Positions 51,347 to 63,192 of a DNA stretch of 64,000 bases are shown one piece after another. Location of the stretch: assembly GCA_030390025.1 (NCBI GenBank), contig CM059432.1, positions 70,124,001 through 70,188,000 of the forward strand. The letters are read 5' to 3'. The notes below the pieces were generated by a model. The model was given only the letters and a program-made list of their open reading frames with translations, ran no database searches and was not told the origin of the DNA. The translations under genes were made by a program, and so were the position numbers. How positions within the stretch are numbered: the stretch's first letter is position 1; every line of letters starts with the position of its first letter. The DNA is from Squalus acanthias. Its lineage: Eukaryota.

Positions 51347-52248
51347 TAATTCAATTGCCAAAGCACAGGTAAAAATAGAGTTAACTTAGTCACTGTAAAG
51401 CAGCGGCCCTGTTATTATGCCCGATATGGCATAAATGCCCCTATTATAATAAACAGGGTATTCACCGACTCATCATGAGCAATGCCACAGGAGTTAATAA
51501 CATGCTGTTTCATGCTGCCAGTTTATTGGGGTAGGCACTGAACTGAGGTGGAAATTAGTTTGCAAGACAACATTCTGCACTCTTTTACTGTCTTTTTGCA
51601 GATTACAGCTGGTTCGAGCAGTATTGCCGAAAGATCCAAAAAGATGCAGTCTGTCCACCCTCTTGGTTGTGGAATGCTACATCATGTGAACTGGGAGCAG
51701 GATATAAGGAAAAAGAAAAAATAACTTAAAAAATGAGGAAAAATTGAAAGATTACATTTTTAATCTCCATTGCCCGGCATTGTGATGCTATTACCATACA
51801 ACATGAAATATTATCAGCTCCTATGCACTTAACATTTATTGCCTCAACAGTCAATCCTTGGGGACTTCAAGTGCATAAATAAATTAAGATTCCTATTTTG
51901 TCCAGCAGATTTACTTATTGTTTGTTTTAAGTGACTAAAAGTGCCTCATTTGATGGACAGGGCATGTGAAAAACAATGGGTGTTTTTTTTAACGTTGATT
52001 TGGGGCTTTTAAAAGAAAATTACACATTTCTCCAGCCAAAACTAGCTGCTGCCACACTCGATAGGTAGACTGAAGAGTCTCCATACATAGCATAGAGCAA
52101 GTATAGGTTCTTTGTGAATACTGGGTAGAAAAGATTTTAACAAATATCGCCACAGTTTTCGTTTAAAATTTTTATTATTTGTACCAGCATTTGTCTCTGC
52201 TACTGGTGATATTTATCAGAGTCTATTAAACTTATTTTTTATAGGCAA

Positions 52249-52762
52249 AAGAAAGAAAGACTTGCAGTTATATAGCATCTTTCACAACCTCAGGACACCA
52301 ACATTTCCTACATTACAACAGTGACTACACTTCAAAAAGTACTTCATTGGCTGTAAAGTGCTTTCAGACATCCTGAGGTCATGAAGGGCTCTATATAACG
52401 ACAAGTCTTTCTTTCTTAAAGTGTTTTACAGCCAATGAAGCACTTTTAAAGCGCAGTCACAGTAAGGTCCCACAAACAGCAATGTTATAATGACCAGATC
52501 ATTTGTTGTTAGGTGTTGATTGAGGGATAACTATTGGCCAGGACAACAGGAAGAAGTGCCCTGCTCGTCTTCAAAATAATGTCATGGGATTGTTTACGTC
52601 CATCTGAGAGGGCAGACGGGGCCTCGGTTTAACATCTCACCTGAATGACGGCACCTCCGAGAGTGCAGCACTCCCTCAGCACTGCACTGGAGTGTCAGCC
52701 TAGATTTTGTGCTCAAATCCCTGGAGTGGGACTTGAACCCACAACCTTCTGACTCAGAGGTC
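52249..52762 (-). mobile_element. DeuSINE (SacSINE1-like) with a second, plus-strand SINE tail inserted at ~52300-52417
   Basis: Antisense B box (GGGACTTGAACCC), Deu-like core and the AAAGAAAGACTTGC tail. Confidence 0.85.
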
Positions 52763-52843
52763 AAAGAGAAACTACAAAATCAGATTGAATAATAAAAACC
52801 CATCCAATGTATTTCTTCAAATTTTCTCAATTCTACATATAAA

Positions 52844-53736
52844 GGGGGAAAAATTCAGTCGCGCCCCATTTGGGGCGCAAATATCGTCCGGGCGCAAAAA
52901 TTAGCGCCTGGCGCTAATTATCGCCACCGACTGCAAACTTGACTTTTATCGCCCCTGGAGGTGATTGCAGCGCTAAATCAGGCGCTTCACACCTGTCTTA
53001 AGGCGCAAAGGCCGAGGAGCGAGGCGCTACCTCAGAGCGCTGGCGAAACTCATGTAATGTCAGTCAGCAATGGAATACACACACAATGGCACGGGCCAGT
53101 TCTTAAAGGGGATGGTTAATCTTGCTTTCCATCCACATCCTGCTCATTGCAGCCTTGAATCTCGGCCTGGAGAGACCTGCACATCAAATGTGCTGGAAAG
53201 AACAATGGAGAGTACCAGGCAAAGAGCTCAGAGTGCAGCCCCCACAGTCTCTACTAAATCGATACAAGGAATGGCAAATCAAAATGAACCTGCAAAGTGC
53301 TGCTCAGTACCCAAAACTCCTTCACACAACGTTGAATCTCTCCAGAAGTCTCTCCCTCTCTCTCTCAGAATGCGTAGTTCAAAAATGGCACCAACAATAA
53401 AAGGCAGGAAGCGGTCACCTTTAAATAGCGCTCCCCCTTTCCCTTCATGACTGCAGAACGCTCCCCTCAACCTGTCGTTGCTAGCGTCAGGCGGTAAGGC
53501 AGGGGGCGCCACTCAATATCCGCTCCAGGGCGATACTGGGGCGTTGCGCACTCGAGTGACATCATGATCTGCCGGCGCAGGAGATCGCGGCGATAAAGTT
53601 TAGCGCCGCCGCAAAATGTCTAGTTAAGTTCGCGAGCGGCGCAAACATCGCTGCGCCCGGGCGCTAGCTGCTTTGCGCCCCATTAGCGCCCTCTTAAGGC
53701 GCTAACGGGAGGCGCAACCAACTGAATTTTTCCCCC
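52844..53736. mobile_element. Harbinger internal-deletion derivative (893 bp) of the adjacent element's family, in inverted orientation
   Basis: TIRs GGGGGAAAAATTCAG / CTGAATTTTTCCCCC; AAA TSD; its halves match the reverse complement of both ends of 53748-57839. Confidence 0.92.
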
Positions 53737-54245
53737 AAAGAGTTTAAGGGGGAAAAATTCGGTTGGTTTGCGCCTCCCTAAGAGGGCGCTAATGGGCGCA
53801 AAGCAACTAGCGCCCGGGCGCGGCGATGTTTGCACCGCTCGCGAAATTGACAAGAGTTTTTGCGGTGGTGCAAAAGTTTACCACCCCGATCTCCTGCGCC
53901 CGCAGATCGTGACGTCAGTCGAGCGTACAACGCCCTGGTAGCGCCCCGGACCAGATATTGAGTGGCGCCCCCTCCTTTCCGCCTGGTGCAAGCAACGCCA
54001 GGGAGACTGGAACGTTTCCCAGTCGGTGAGGGGCTGGGGCGGCGCTATGTAAAGGCGGCCTCTTCCTGGCTTTTTCTGTGGTAGACATTTTTGCAGCACT
54101 CATTCTGACAGAGAGAGAGATTCTGAGAAAGAGATAGAGAGACTTCTGCATAGAGTCAACGCTGTGTGAAGTAGTTTTGGCTACTGAGCATCACTTTGCA
54201 GGTACTTTTGGATTTGACCTTCATTACTTCGATTGCCAAGAGACT

Positions 54246-55391
54246 TTGGGGGCTGTACTGATTCGGGGCGTTGTCCTGCGCCTGCAGAATCAGAGGCAAC
54301 AGAGACGCAGAGAGAGAGTGGCAAACATAGCCAGAGGGAGGAGGGCCAACAGGATTCTGCACAGGAAGCCTTACCCTCCCAGGGTATTCCGGGAATAATT
54401 CTCCTACATTAATTTGTCTGAGGAGCAGTGTTTGCGCAGGCTGCGCTTCAGCAAGGAGGTAGTCACTGAGCTCTGCCACCTGCTGCAGCCAGATCTGCAG
54501 CCTCAACTGAGGACCAGGCCGTCTCTGTCGGTGGCAGTGAAGGTCACAGTGGCTCTGAACTTTTATGCCACCAGCTCCTTTCAAGCAGCTACTGGGGACA
54601 TCACCAATATCTCCCAGTTCGCGGTCCATTGCTGTATCCGTCAGGTCACAAATGCCCTCTATAAAAGGAGACGCCAGTACATCTCTTTCCCGATGACCGA
54701 GGCCAAACAGCATGAACGCACATTGGGCTTTGCGAGGATAGCGGAGTTCCCCATGGTGCAGGGCGCCATTGACTCCACGCATGTGGCATTGCGGGCACCG
54801 CATGAGAATGCAGAGGTTTTCCGAAACCGCAAGGGGTTCCACTTCTTAAACGTCCAGTTGGTCTGTGACCACAGACAGCTGATACTCGCAGTCAATGCCC
54901 GCTATCCTGGCAGCAGCCATGATGCTTTCATCCTGCGCCAGACTGCTGTGCCAGAACTTTTCCAGGCACCGCATCAGCCAAGTGGTTGGCTCCTCGGGGA
55001 CAAGGGTTATCCACTGTGCACCTGGCTGATGACACCGCTCCATAACCCCAACACCCCTGCTGAGCTGCGGTACAATGAGAGCCATCTTGCCACCAGGAAC
55101 ATCATTGAGTAGACGATCGGCATGCTCAAGCAACGGTTCCGCTATCTGGACCACTCAGGAGGAGCCCTGCAGTACTCGCCTGAGCGAGTCTCCCTCTTCA
55201 TAGTTGTGTGCTGCATTTTTCATAACCTGGCAATCCTCAGGACCCAGCCAATGCCACCAGGCCTTGGAGCACCACTGGAGGAGGAGGAAGAGGAGGAGGA
55301 TGATCAGCAGCAGCACCAAGGCGGGAGGGAGGCCCACGATGTTGAAACTGCAAGGGCTGTCCGTCAACGACTGATAACAAGCGGCTTCTAG
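54246..55391 (+). pseudogene. Harbinger DDE transposase, single frame with two nonsense codons
   Basis: ORFs 54177, 54414 and 55122 share one frame; GAIDSTH, NRKG, YPGSSHD, GDKGY, NIIE. Stops at 54396-98 and 55110-12; the presumed start reads TTG. Confidence 0.95.
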
Positions 55392-55507
55392 GCCCCTACA
55401 GAGGAAATGGCTTCTGGGAGGCCCACAATGTTGAAACTGCAAGGTCCGTCCGTCAACGACTGATAACAATCCGCTTCTAGGCCCCTACAGAGGAAATGGC
55501 TTCTGGC
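55327..55507. repeat. 89-bp tandem duplication spanning the transposase stop codon
   Basis: GGCCCAC..GTTGAAACTGCAAGG..GGAAATGGCTTCTGG occurs at 55331 and 55420. Confidence 0.9.
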
Positions 55508-55756
55508 ATGGAGAAAAACATGAATGAAAGCAACCCGCAACCCCAAAGGCGGCCAAGGCAGCAATGATTCCAAAGGCCAAACCTGTACATTTTGAATACA
55601 AAACCTTTTTTATTTTACAAACTCTGTGTGTGTCATTTCTTCATGACAAACTAATAGAAACAAACACAAAAAATCATTAATGAACATAACTGGTTCTCAC
55701 AACCTGGAGATAATGTCCAAAACACTAAACAAAAGTTTGAACACGAACCTCGGCCT

Positions 55757-57486
55757 TTAATAAAAAAATTCCCAACATTTCGTCACACCTCCTACTTTTT
55801 GCACTTCGAGGGTGATCTTCCTCTTGCGCACTTCCCCCCTTCCCACCCTACTGCTCCTCCGTAATGGGGCCCCAGTGGATGCAGCAAGGCTGGTGGAAGG
55901 CTGCTGATTGTCAGAACCTGAGACTACAGATGCCCTTGAAGGACGGCCTCGACCAGCTCTGGGCCTGGAGGGCCCGGCTGCAGACTGCACCAACTCTGCA
56001 TGGGCAGGCAGCAGTCTGGGCTACAGGCAGGTGGCAAGTGCAATGGGGAAGTGACAGTGGTGGGGCAGCAGCTCAGCATCCGGAGCAATCTGCTGGAGCA
56101 CAGATTGCTGGCCTGCTGCGGCACGTGAGAGCCCCAGGGGAAATGTGTCCAAACCAGCAACAATGGCAGCAGTCAGTGCTTGCGTGGCCTCAATCTGAGT
56201 CTGCATGAAACCAGTCTGAGATTGGATCACGGCAGCCAGTGACTGAATTGCAGCACTAAGCATTTGCGTGGCGTCTGCCTGTGCTACAGCATAGTGCTCC
56301 ACACTCCTTGCCAGTGCATCAATACTTTCGGGCACCCTTCCCACTGCACCCATGAGCTGAGTGTGCATGTCCACCGCCTGGGTGTTCATTTCAGCGATAA
56401 GCGACTCCTCCTCTGCGTTCAGTGCAGCAGGACTCACTGGCCTACTCTCCCTCCGGGGAGAAGGCCCCCGAGCTTCCCTAGCCACATCGCGTTGCTGCAG
56501 CCCGCTGGATCCCGGAGCTTCACCCTCATCAGACCCTTCCCCCCTGCTCCCCTCCAGGGAAGACGTGTTCCCAGTGTGGGCATAGGCTTCCTCGGAAGAG
56601 GGTGGCACTGATGCTCCAGCTTCCTCTTCCTCCTCGCCTGCGACTTCGCTCCCACTGGCAGCTTGAGGGCCCGTCTCCTCAGCTGGTGAATCACCATCTG
56701 AAAGCAGGGAGGTACAAGAGTGGCTTTAGCGTGAGGACAGGGGGGCAGTAAGGGAGGAAGGAGTGCAGCAATTTAGTAAGTTGGATTGAAAGTGTCAAAG
56801 GCTGGTGTTGTGAGGGACAAGTGGAATGAGAGAGGAGAGAAAGCTGATGGCCTTACCATTGCTGTCCCGAACGGGGTCGACCTCTCCAGGGGCGACGGGA
56901 CCGATCACCCGGCTTGCCACAGTCCTGTGGACGCACGCCTCAAGATCGCTGAGGGGTTGCAGCTGAGGCTGCCCTCCACCCGTCTGTTGCTGCTGTCTCC
57001 TGTTATGAGATAGCTTGGCCTGCAAGAAAAAGGACGGCGTCTGAGTAAATATACAACCATGGTCTTGCCTGATGTGCCTCCCACAGTTGAATAGCTCTTA
57101 CTGTATGCAAGGTGTGGAATGTGTGTGTGTGTTTCATGAGAGGGCCATAGGTGTTGGATGAGTGTTGGGCATTGGGGTTTTAAGACCCTCTGGCAATAGA
57201 GTGAGGTTGAAATGGAGGGATGGAGAGGTATTGAAAAAAATCCACTCATCCTGACGACCCGAGTGAGGTCGTTGAACGTTTTGCGACATTGATTATGGGT
57301 CCTGGGCACCATGCTCCTGGAGGAGACGTGCTGAGCCACCTCCCTTCACACACTTCTGTAGTCGTGCGGCAAAGGCCTCCTGCCACTCTCAGGGTCGAGT
57401 ATAGATCTTCTGCGCTCCACCGCGCCAACCAGAGCCTCCAAGGCCCGCTCGCTGAAGCGCTGAGCTCATTCTCTCACCCTCTCCAT
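55757..57486 (-). pseudogene. Harbinger Myb/SANT gene, 3 exons (57486-57250, 57019-56857, 56697-~55760)
   Basis: AQRFSERALEALV..., RTHNQCRKTFNDLTR; exon 2 AKLSHN..QTGGG; exon 3 joins in frame with ORF 56021-56608. The exon 1 donor reads ATGAGT. Confidence 0.87.
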
Positions 57487-58458
57487 TGTCCTTGGCTGGA
57501 AAATGTAGTCACAGGTCTCTCCAGGCCGAGATTCAAGGCTCCAATGAGCAGGGTGTGGCTGGAGAGCAAGATCGACCCTCCCCTTTAAGAAATGGCCGGC
57601 GCCAGTGAGTCTGTGTTCCATCGCTAACTGACAGCACCTGCGCTGCGCCCGCGCTCTGAGTTAGCGCCTTGCTCCTCGGCCTTTGCGCCTTAAGACAGGT
57701 GTGCAGCGCCTGATTTAGCGCTCCAATCACATCCGGGGCGATAAAAGCCAAGTTTGCAGTCAGAGGTGATAATTAGAGCTAAACTTTGCATCCGGCCGAT
57801 AATTGCGCCCCAAACAGGGCGATACCGAATTTCTCCCCCTAAATTTCTGTATATATAAGAAACAGGTTTTTAAGGAAAAGCTTTAAATCACAGCACTGGA
57901 TTATCATGTCAGATGTCTCGGTTTAGCTCCTCCCTCTTTTCCTAGCCTATAAAGTACTTGGAGCCTATTAATATGTGTTGATGATGACACCTGTTAGTGC
58001 TCTCCTGCTGCAGAATTTGAACCTGAAGTCAATTGAGCACTGTTGTACTCCGAGGGGAGAATAGAGTAATTAACAAGCCATAGCTTCAGCCACAGACAAA
58101 AGGAATAACTTGCCCATTGATTAGGATTAAAGAAAACTGCAGGTTTTAATTTTCTTGCATCCAATTTTTTTAAAGTATTCAGTCTCAGGGGAAAATGTTG
58201 TATCTAACCAAGATTGGCAGAAATGAGAACTGCACACAAATGGACAAAATTTGTATTCAGGGCAGTGAAATCAGGATTGGTGCACATATGTCCAGGTTGT
58301 CTCGAGTAGGGTTTGAATCTGACTACGCATTAAGTACACAAAGCTGTGCTTCTTGCCACTACCTCACTGGTTCCCAAAAATAGAACTTGTTATAGCCTCA
58401 GCAAGACAGCTGACAGACTATCTTTTACACATGAGGCGACAAGTAAAGTAATGTAGAT

Positions 58459-59072
58459 TCATAGAATCATAGAATGGTTACAGCACGAAAGAAGGCCATT
58501 CGGCCTGTCGAGCCCGTGCAGACTCTCGGCTAGTCCCACTCCCCTGCCCTTTCCCCGTAGCCCTGCAAATTTTTTTCCTTCAGATGCTTATCCAACTCCC
58601 TTTTGAAAGATAAGATTGAGTCTGCCTCCACCACCCTTTCAGGCAGTACATTCCAGATCTTAACCACTCGCTGTGTAAAAAAGTTTTTTCTTACGTCGCC
58701 TTTGGTTATTTTGCCAATCACCTTAAATCTGTGTCCTCTGGTTCTCGACCCTTCTGCCAATGGGAACAGTTTCTCTCTACTCCGTCCAGACCCCTCATGA
58801 TTTTGAACACCTCTATCAAATCTCCTCTCAATCTTCTCTGCTTGAAGGAGAACAACCCTAGCTTCTCCAGTCTATCAACGTAACTGAAGTCCCTCATTCC
58901 TGGAATCATTCTCGTAAATCTTTTCTACACCCTCTCTAAGGCCTTCACATCCTTCCTAACTTGTGGTGCCCAGAATTGGACACAGTACTCAAATTAGGGC
59001 CGAACTAGTGTTTTATACAGGTTCATCATAATTTCCACACTTTTGTACTCTATACCTCTATTTATGAAGCCC
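58459..59072 (-). mobile_element. CR1 3' fragment
   Basis: ORFs 58530-58760 and 58718-58909; ATAGAATC tail repeats. Confidence 0.92.
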
Positions 59073-59332
59073 AAAAAAATAGGCAGAGTTCATTCTCCAA
59101 TTTCCCATTCCTCCCTGTGGAGAACCGCCTTGCTTCTGTGGTGATTTAGTTCTCTGTGAGATGCAGCCTCTGAACAATTTATTTGTGAGTGCAACCCTCG
59201 AGCAAATGAACAAACAAGAATTTTGTCCTACAGCTAAAAAGCTAACCAGTACCTTTATCAATGTAGTTTTATAATGCTATAATCTAATATGTAATTACCA
59301 GAATCAAAGAGCCAATTATAACTGGAATTATC

Positions 59333-62300
59333 GGGAACGGTAGCATAGTGGTTATGTTACTGGACCAGTAATCTAGAGGCCTGGAACAATAATCCAGTCG
59401 ACGTGAGTTCAAATCTCACCACGGCAGCTGTGGAATTTAAATTTGGTTAATTAAATAAATCTGGAATAAAAAGCTAGTATCAGTAATAGTGACCATGAAA
59501 CTGCCAGATTATCGTAAAAACCCATCTGGTTCACTAATGTCCTTTAGGGAAGGAAATCTGCCGTCCTTACCTGGTCTGGCCTATATGTGACTCCAGACCC
59601 ACAGCAATGTGGTTGATTCTTAACTGCCCTCTGAAATGGCCTAGCAAGCCACTCAGTTGTATAAAAATCGCTACAAGAAATAAGAATGGCCCAGAAATTG
59701 ATCTCGCTCTGTTCCCGCGGGGGTAAGCCTTCCCCGCGATGTCTCACCTCGCTTATGCTTTTTCTGATCCAGCTCGCACGAACTTGATGTTCCAGACATC
59801 AGCTGTGCTGGGCTTGCGTATCCCAGCGGCGCAGTTAATTCGTGCGAGCTGTGGGATCACGTGACTCAGTTAGAGCCAATGGCAGCACACCATCTTCCAT
59901 TCATAAGTCTCACAGCATGGCTGTGAGACTTATGAATCTTACACCCCCCCAAAATAACAGCTAAACCTCAATTAAATTTAAAAAAAAACCATCACATTAA
60001 TAAAATAAGTATAGTTAATTAAATTAACCATTTTAAATAAAAAATTAAATTTTTGAAAAAATTTAAAATCTTTTAAAAAGTTATAAAAATAAACTTACCT
60101 GTCTTTAAAGTCTATAAAAAAGATATACCTGTAAAAAAAAATTCAAAAAAATACTTAATTCACTACTTACCTTCTTAAAAGCGGGTCTTACTCCTCCTTT
60201 TTACATTTCCAAAATCTTCCGTACTTACCTGCGCGTCCAAAGCATGAAGTGCACAGCGTGCGCGCAGCCTGTAGCGCGCACGCGATGCACTCAGGCCCCG
60301 CCCCCTTTTCGGAAGAGCAATTGCCGGTTTTCAGCGCATGCGCAGGGCATGCAGAAAACCGGCAATTGGAGTGGGAATACGCGAGAGTATGCAGTGCGTA
60401 CTCTCGCGTCCCGGGATCAATTTTCGGCCCAATAAGAATAAAACTGGACGGACCACCCGGCATCGATCTCAGCACCGGCTTCAGACACGGCAACGGCACA
60501 CCTAGCCCAGTCGACCCTGCAAAGTCCTCCTCTGGGGACTTGTGCCAAAATTGGGAGAGCTGTCCCACAGACCAGTCAAGCAACAGTCTGACATAGTCAT
60601 ACTAACAGAATCATACCTTTCTGCCAATGTCTCAGACTCCTCCATCACCATCCCTGGGTTTGTCCTGTCCCACCGGCAGGACAGACCCACCAGGGGTGGT
60701 GGCACAGTGGTATACAGTCAGGAGGGAGTCGCCCTGGGAGTCCTCAACATTGACTCTGGACCCCATGAAGTCTCATGGCATCAGGTCAAGCATGGGCAAG
60801 GAAACCTCCTGCTGATTACCACCTACCTCCCTCCCTCAGCTGATGAATCTGTACTCCTCCATGTTGAACACCACTTTGAAGAAGCACTGAGGGTAGCAAG
60901 GGCACAGAATGGACTCTGGGTGGGGGCCTTCAATGTCCATCACCAAGAGTGGCTCAGCAACACCACTACTGACTGAGCTGGCCGAGTCCTGAAGGACATA
61001 GCTGCCAGACTGGGCATGCGGCAGGTGGTGAGAGAACCAACACAAGGGAAAAACGTACTTGACCTCATCTTCACCAATCTACCTGTCGCAGGTGCATCTG
61101 TCCATGACAGCATTGGTAGCAGTGATCACCGTACAGTCATTGTGGAGACAAAGTCCCGTCTTCACATTGAGGACACCCTCCATCGTGCTGTGTGGCACTA
61201 TCAATTACCGTCCCGTCAGTCTACTCTCAATCATCAGCAAAGTGATGAAAGGTGTTGTTGACAGTGCTATCAAGCAGAACTTACTCACCAATAACCTGCT
61301 CACTGATGCTCAGTTTGGGTTCCGCCAGGACCACTCAGCTGCAGGCCTCATTACAGCCTTGGTCCAAACATGGACAAAAGAGCTGAATTCCAGAGGTGAG
61401 GTGAGAGTTACTGCCTTCACATCAAAGCAGCATTTAACTGAGTGTGGCATCAAGGAGCCCTAGTAAAATTGAATGTAATGGGAATGAGGGGAAAAACACT
61501 CCACTGGCTGGGGTCATACCTAGCACAAAGGAAGGTAGTTCTGGTTGTTGGAGACCAGTCATCTCAGCCCCAGGACATCGCTGCAGGAGTTCCTCAGGAC
61601 AGTGCCTAGGTCCAACCATCTTCAGCTGCTTCATCAATGACCTTCCCTCCATCATAAGGTCAGAAGTGGGGATGTTCGCTGATGATTGCACAGTGTTCAG
61701 TTCCATTCGCAACTCCTCAGATAAGGAAGCAGTCCATGCCCGCATGCAGCAAGACCTGGACGACATTCAGGCTTGAGCTGATAAGTGGCAAGTAACATTC
61801 GCGCCACACAAGTGCCAAGCGATGACTATCTCCAACAAGAGAGCATCTAACCACTGCCCCTTGACATTCAACGGCATTACTATCGCTGAATTCCCCAACA
61901 TCAACATCCTGGGGGTCACCATTGACCAGAAATTTAACTGGACCAGCCACATAAATACTGTGGCTACAAGAGCAGGTCAGAGGCTCAGTATTCTGCGGTG
62001 AGTGTCTCACCTACTGACTCCCCAAAGTCTTTCCACCATCTACAAGGCACAAGTCAGGAGTGTGATAGAATACTCTCTGCTTGACTGGTTGAGTGCAGCT
62101 CCAACAACACTCAAGAAGCTCGACACCATCCAGGACAAAGCAGCCCACTTGATTGGCACCCCATCCACCACCTTAAACATTCACTCCCTCCACCACCAGC
62201 GTACCGTGGCTGCAGTGTGTACTATCTACAAGATGACCTGCAGCAACTCCCCAAGGCGTCTTCGACAGCACCTCCCAAACCCGTGACTTCTACCACCTAG

Positions 62301-62580
62301 AAGGACAAGGGCAGCAGGTGCATGGGAACACCACCACCTGCAAGTTCCCCTCCAAGTCATACACCATCCTGACTTGGAAATATATCGCCATTCCTTCATC
62401 ATCGCTGGGTCAAAATCCTGGAACTCCCTCCCTAACAGCACTGTGGGAGTACCTTCACCACACGAACTGCAGCGGTTCAAGAAGGCGGCTCACCACCACC
62501 TTCTCAAGGGCAATTAAGGATGGGCAATAAATGCTGGCCTTGCCAGCGACGCCCAGATCCCAGGAACAAATTTTAAAAAA
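59333..62580 (+). mobile_element. LINE family B with tRNA-like head, interrupted by a TIR element and internally deleted at ~61200
   Basis: A box TAGCATAGTGG (59341) and B box GAGTTCAAATC (59405); APE at 60542-61200; RT from 61203 to ~62515; family B tail. Confidence 0.92.
59688..60430. mobile_element. Non-autonomous hairpin-rich TIR element, copy 2
   Basis: TIRs GGCCCAGAAATTGATC / GATCAATTTTCGGCCC; AAT flanks; it cleanly interrupts the LINE B 5' region. Confidence 0.85.
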
Positions 62581-63192
62581 TCAATCTGGTACCAAATTAA
62601 GGGGATGGAATTTGCACCATGGTAATGATGCAGTAATGGCGTATGCAATTATTAAATTGTGAATGTTCTGTGAAATTGTGGAGTAAGTGAGTTGTACCAT
62701 TAGATACGTTGCACCATCATTTGCTGAGACATTTGTGCCATTCGTCCGATACCCTCACCTAAGCTGAGAAAATGTTCTTGTCGATCAGCCCACCATTACA
62801 GTCAACAGCGATCACAAATTTACTGGGTTAACAGCCAGTTTTGTGCCGCAGCTGCTTAGATGAAAAAATAATGGCGTGGGTGACCTGGAATTGACATGAT
62901 TTAGGTCGTGTCTATTTGTAACACTAGATTTCTGATTGGTCCCCTTGGAGGGCAAGACCAGATTTCTGATTGGTCGCCTTTGAGGACAAGACACACCCAA
63001 CAGTTTGTCTGGAATGTGTAATTTGATCCTGCCTGCTGGAGAGTAATCAAGATGTCTGCGATGTGTAATTTGATGCAGTCATTTTACAGGCAAGCACAAG
63101 AGCTCACAGTGCTAACACTACTGCTTTCAGAGGACAGACAGGGCTCACCCTCCCGGGTTAAGAGCACTCGCAGCGCTCGCCCTGCCGAGTTC

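Larger units (their letters stand above)
53748..57839. mobile_element. Full-length PIF/Harbinger transposon (4092 bp)
   Basis: TIRs GGGGGAAAAATTCGG / CCGAATTTCTCCCCC; TAA TSD at 53745-47 and 57840-42; two convergent genes. Confidence 0.96.

Noticed and set aside
54246..57486. Domesticated HARBI1 / NAIF1 host genes
   Set aside because: TIRs, TSD, nonsense codons and multiple paralogues show these are transposon copies.
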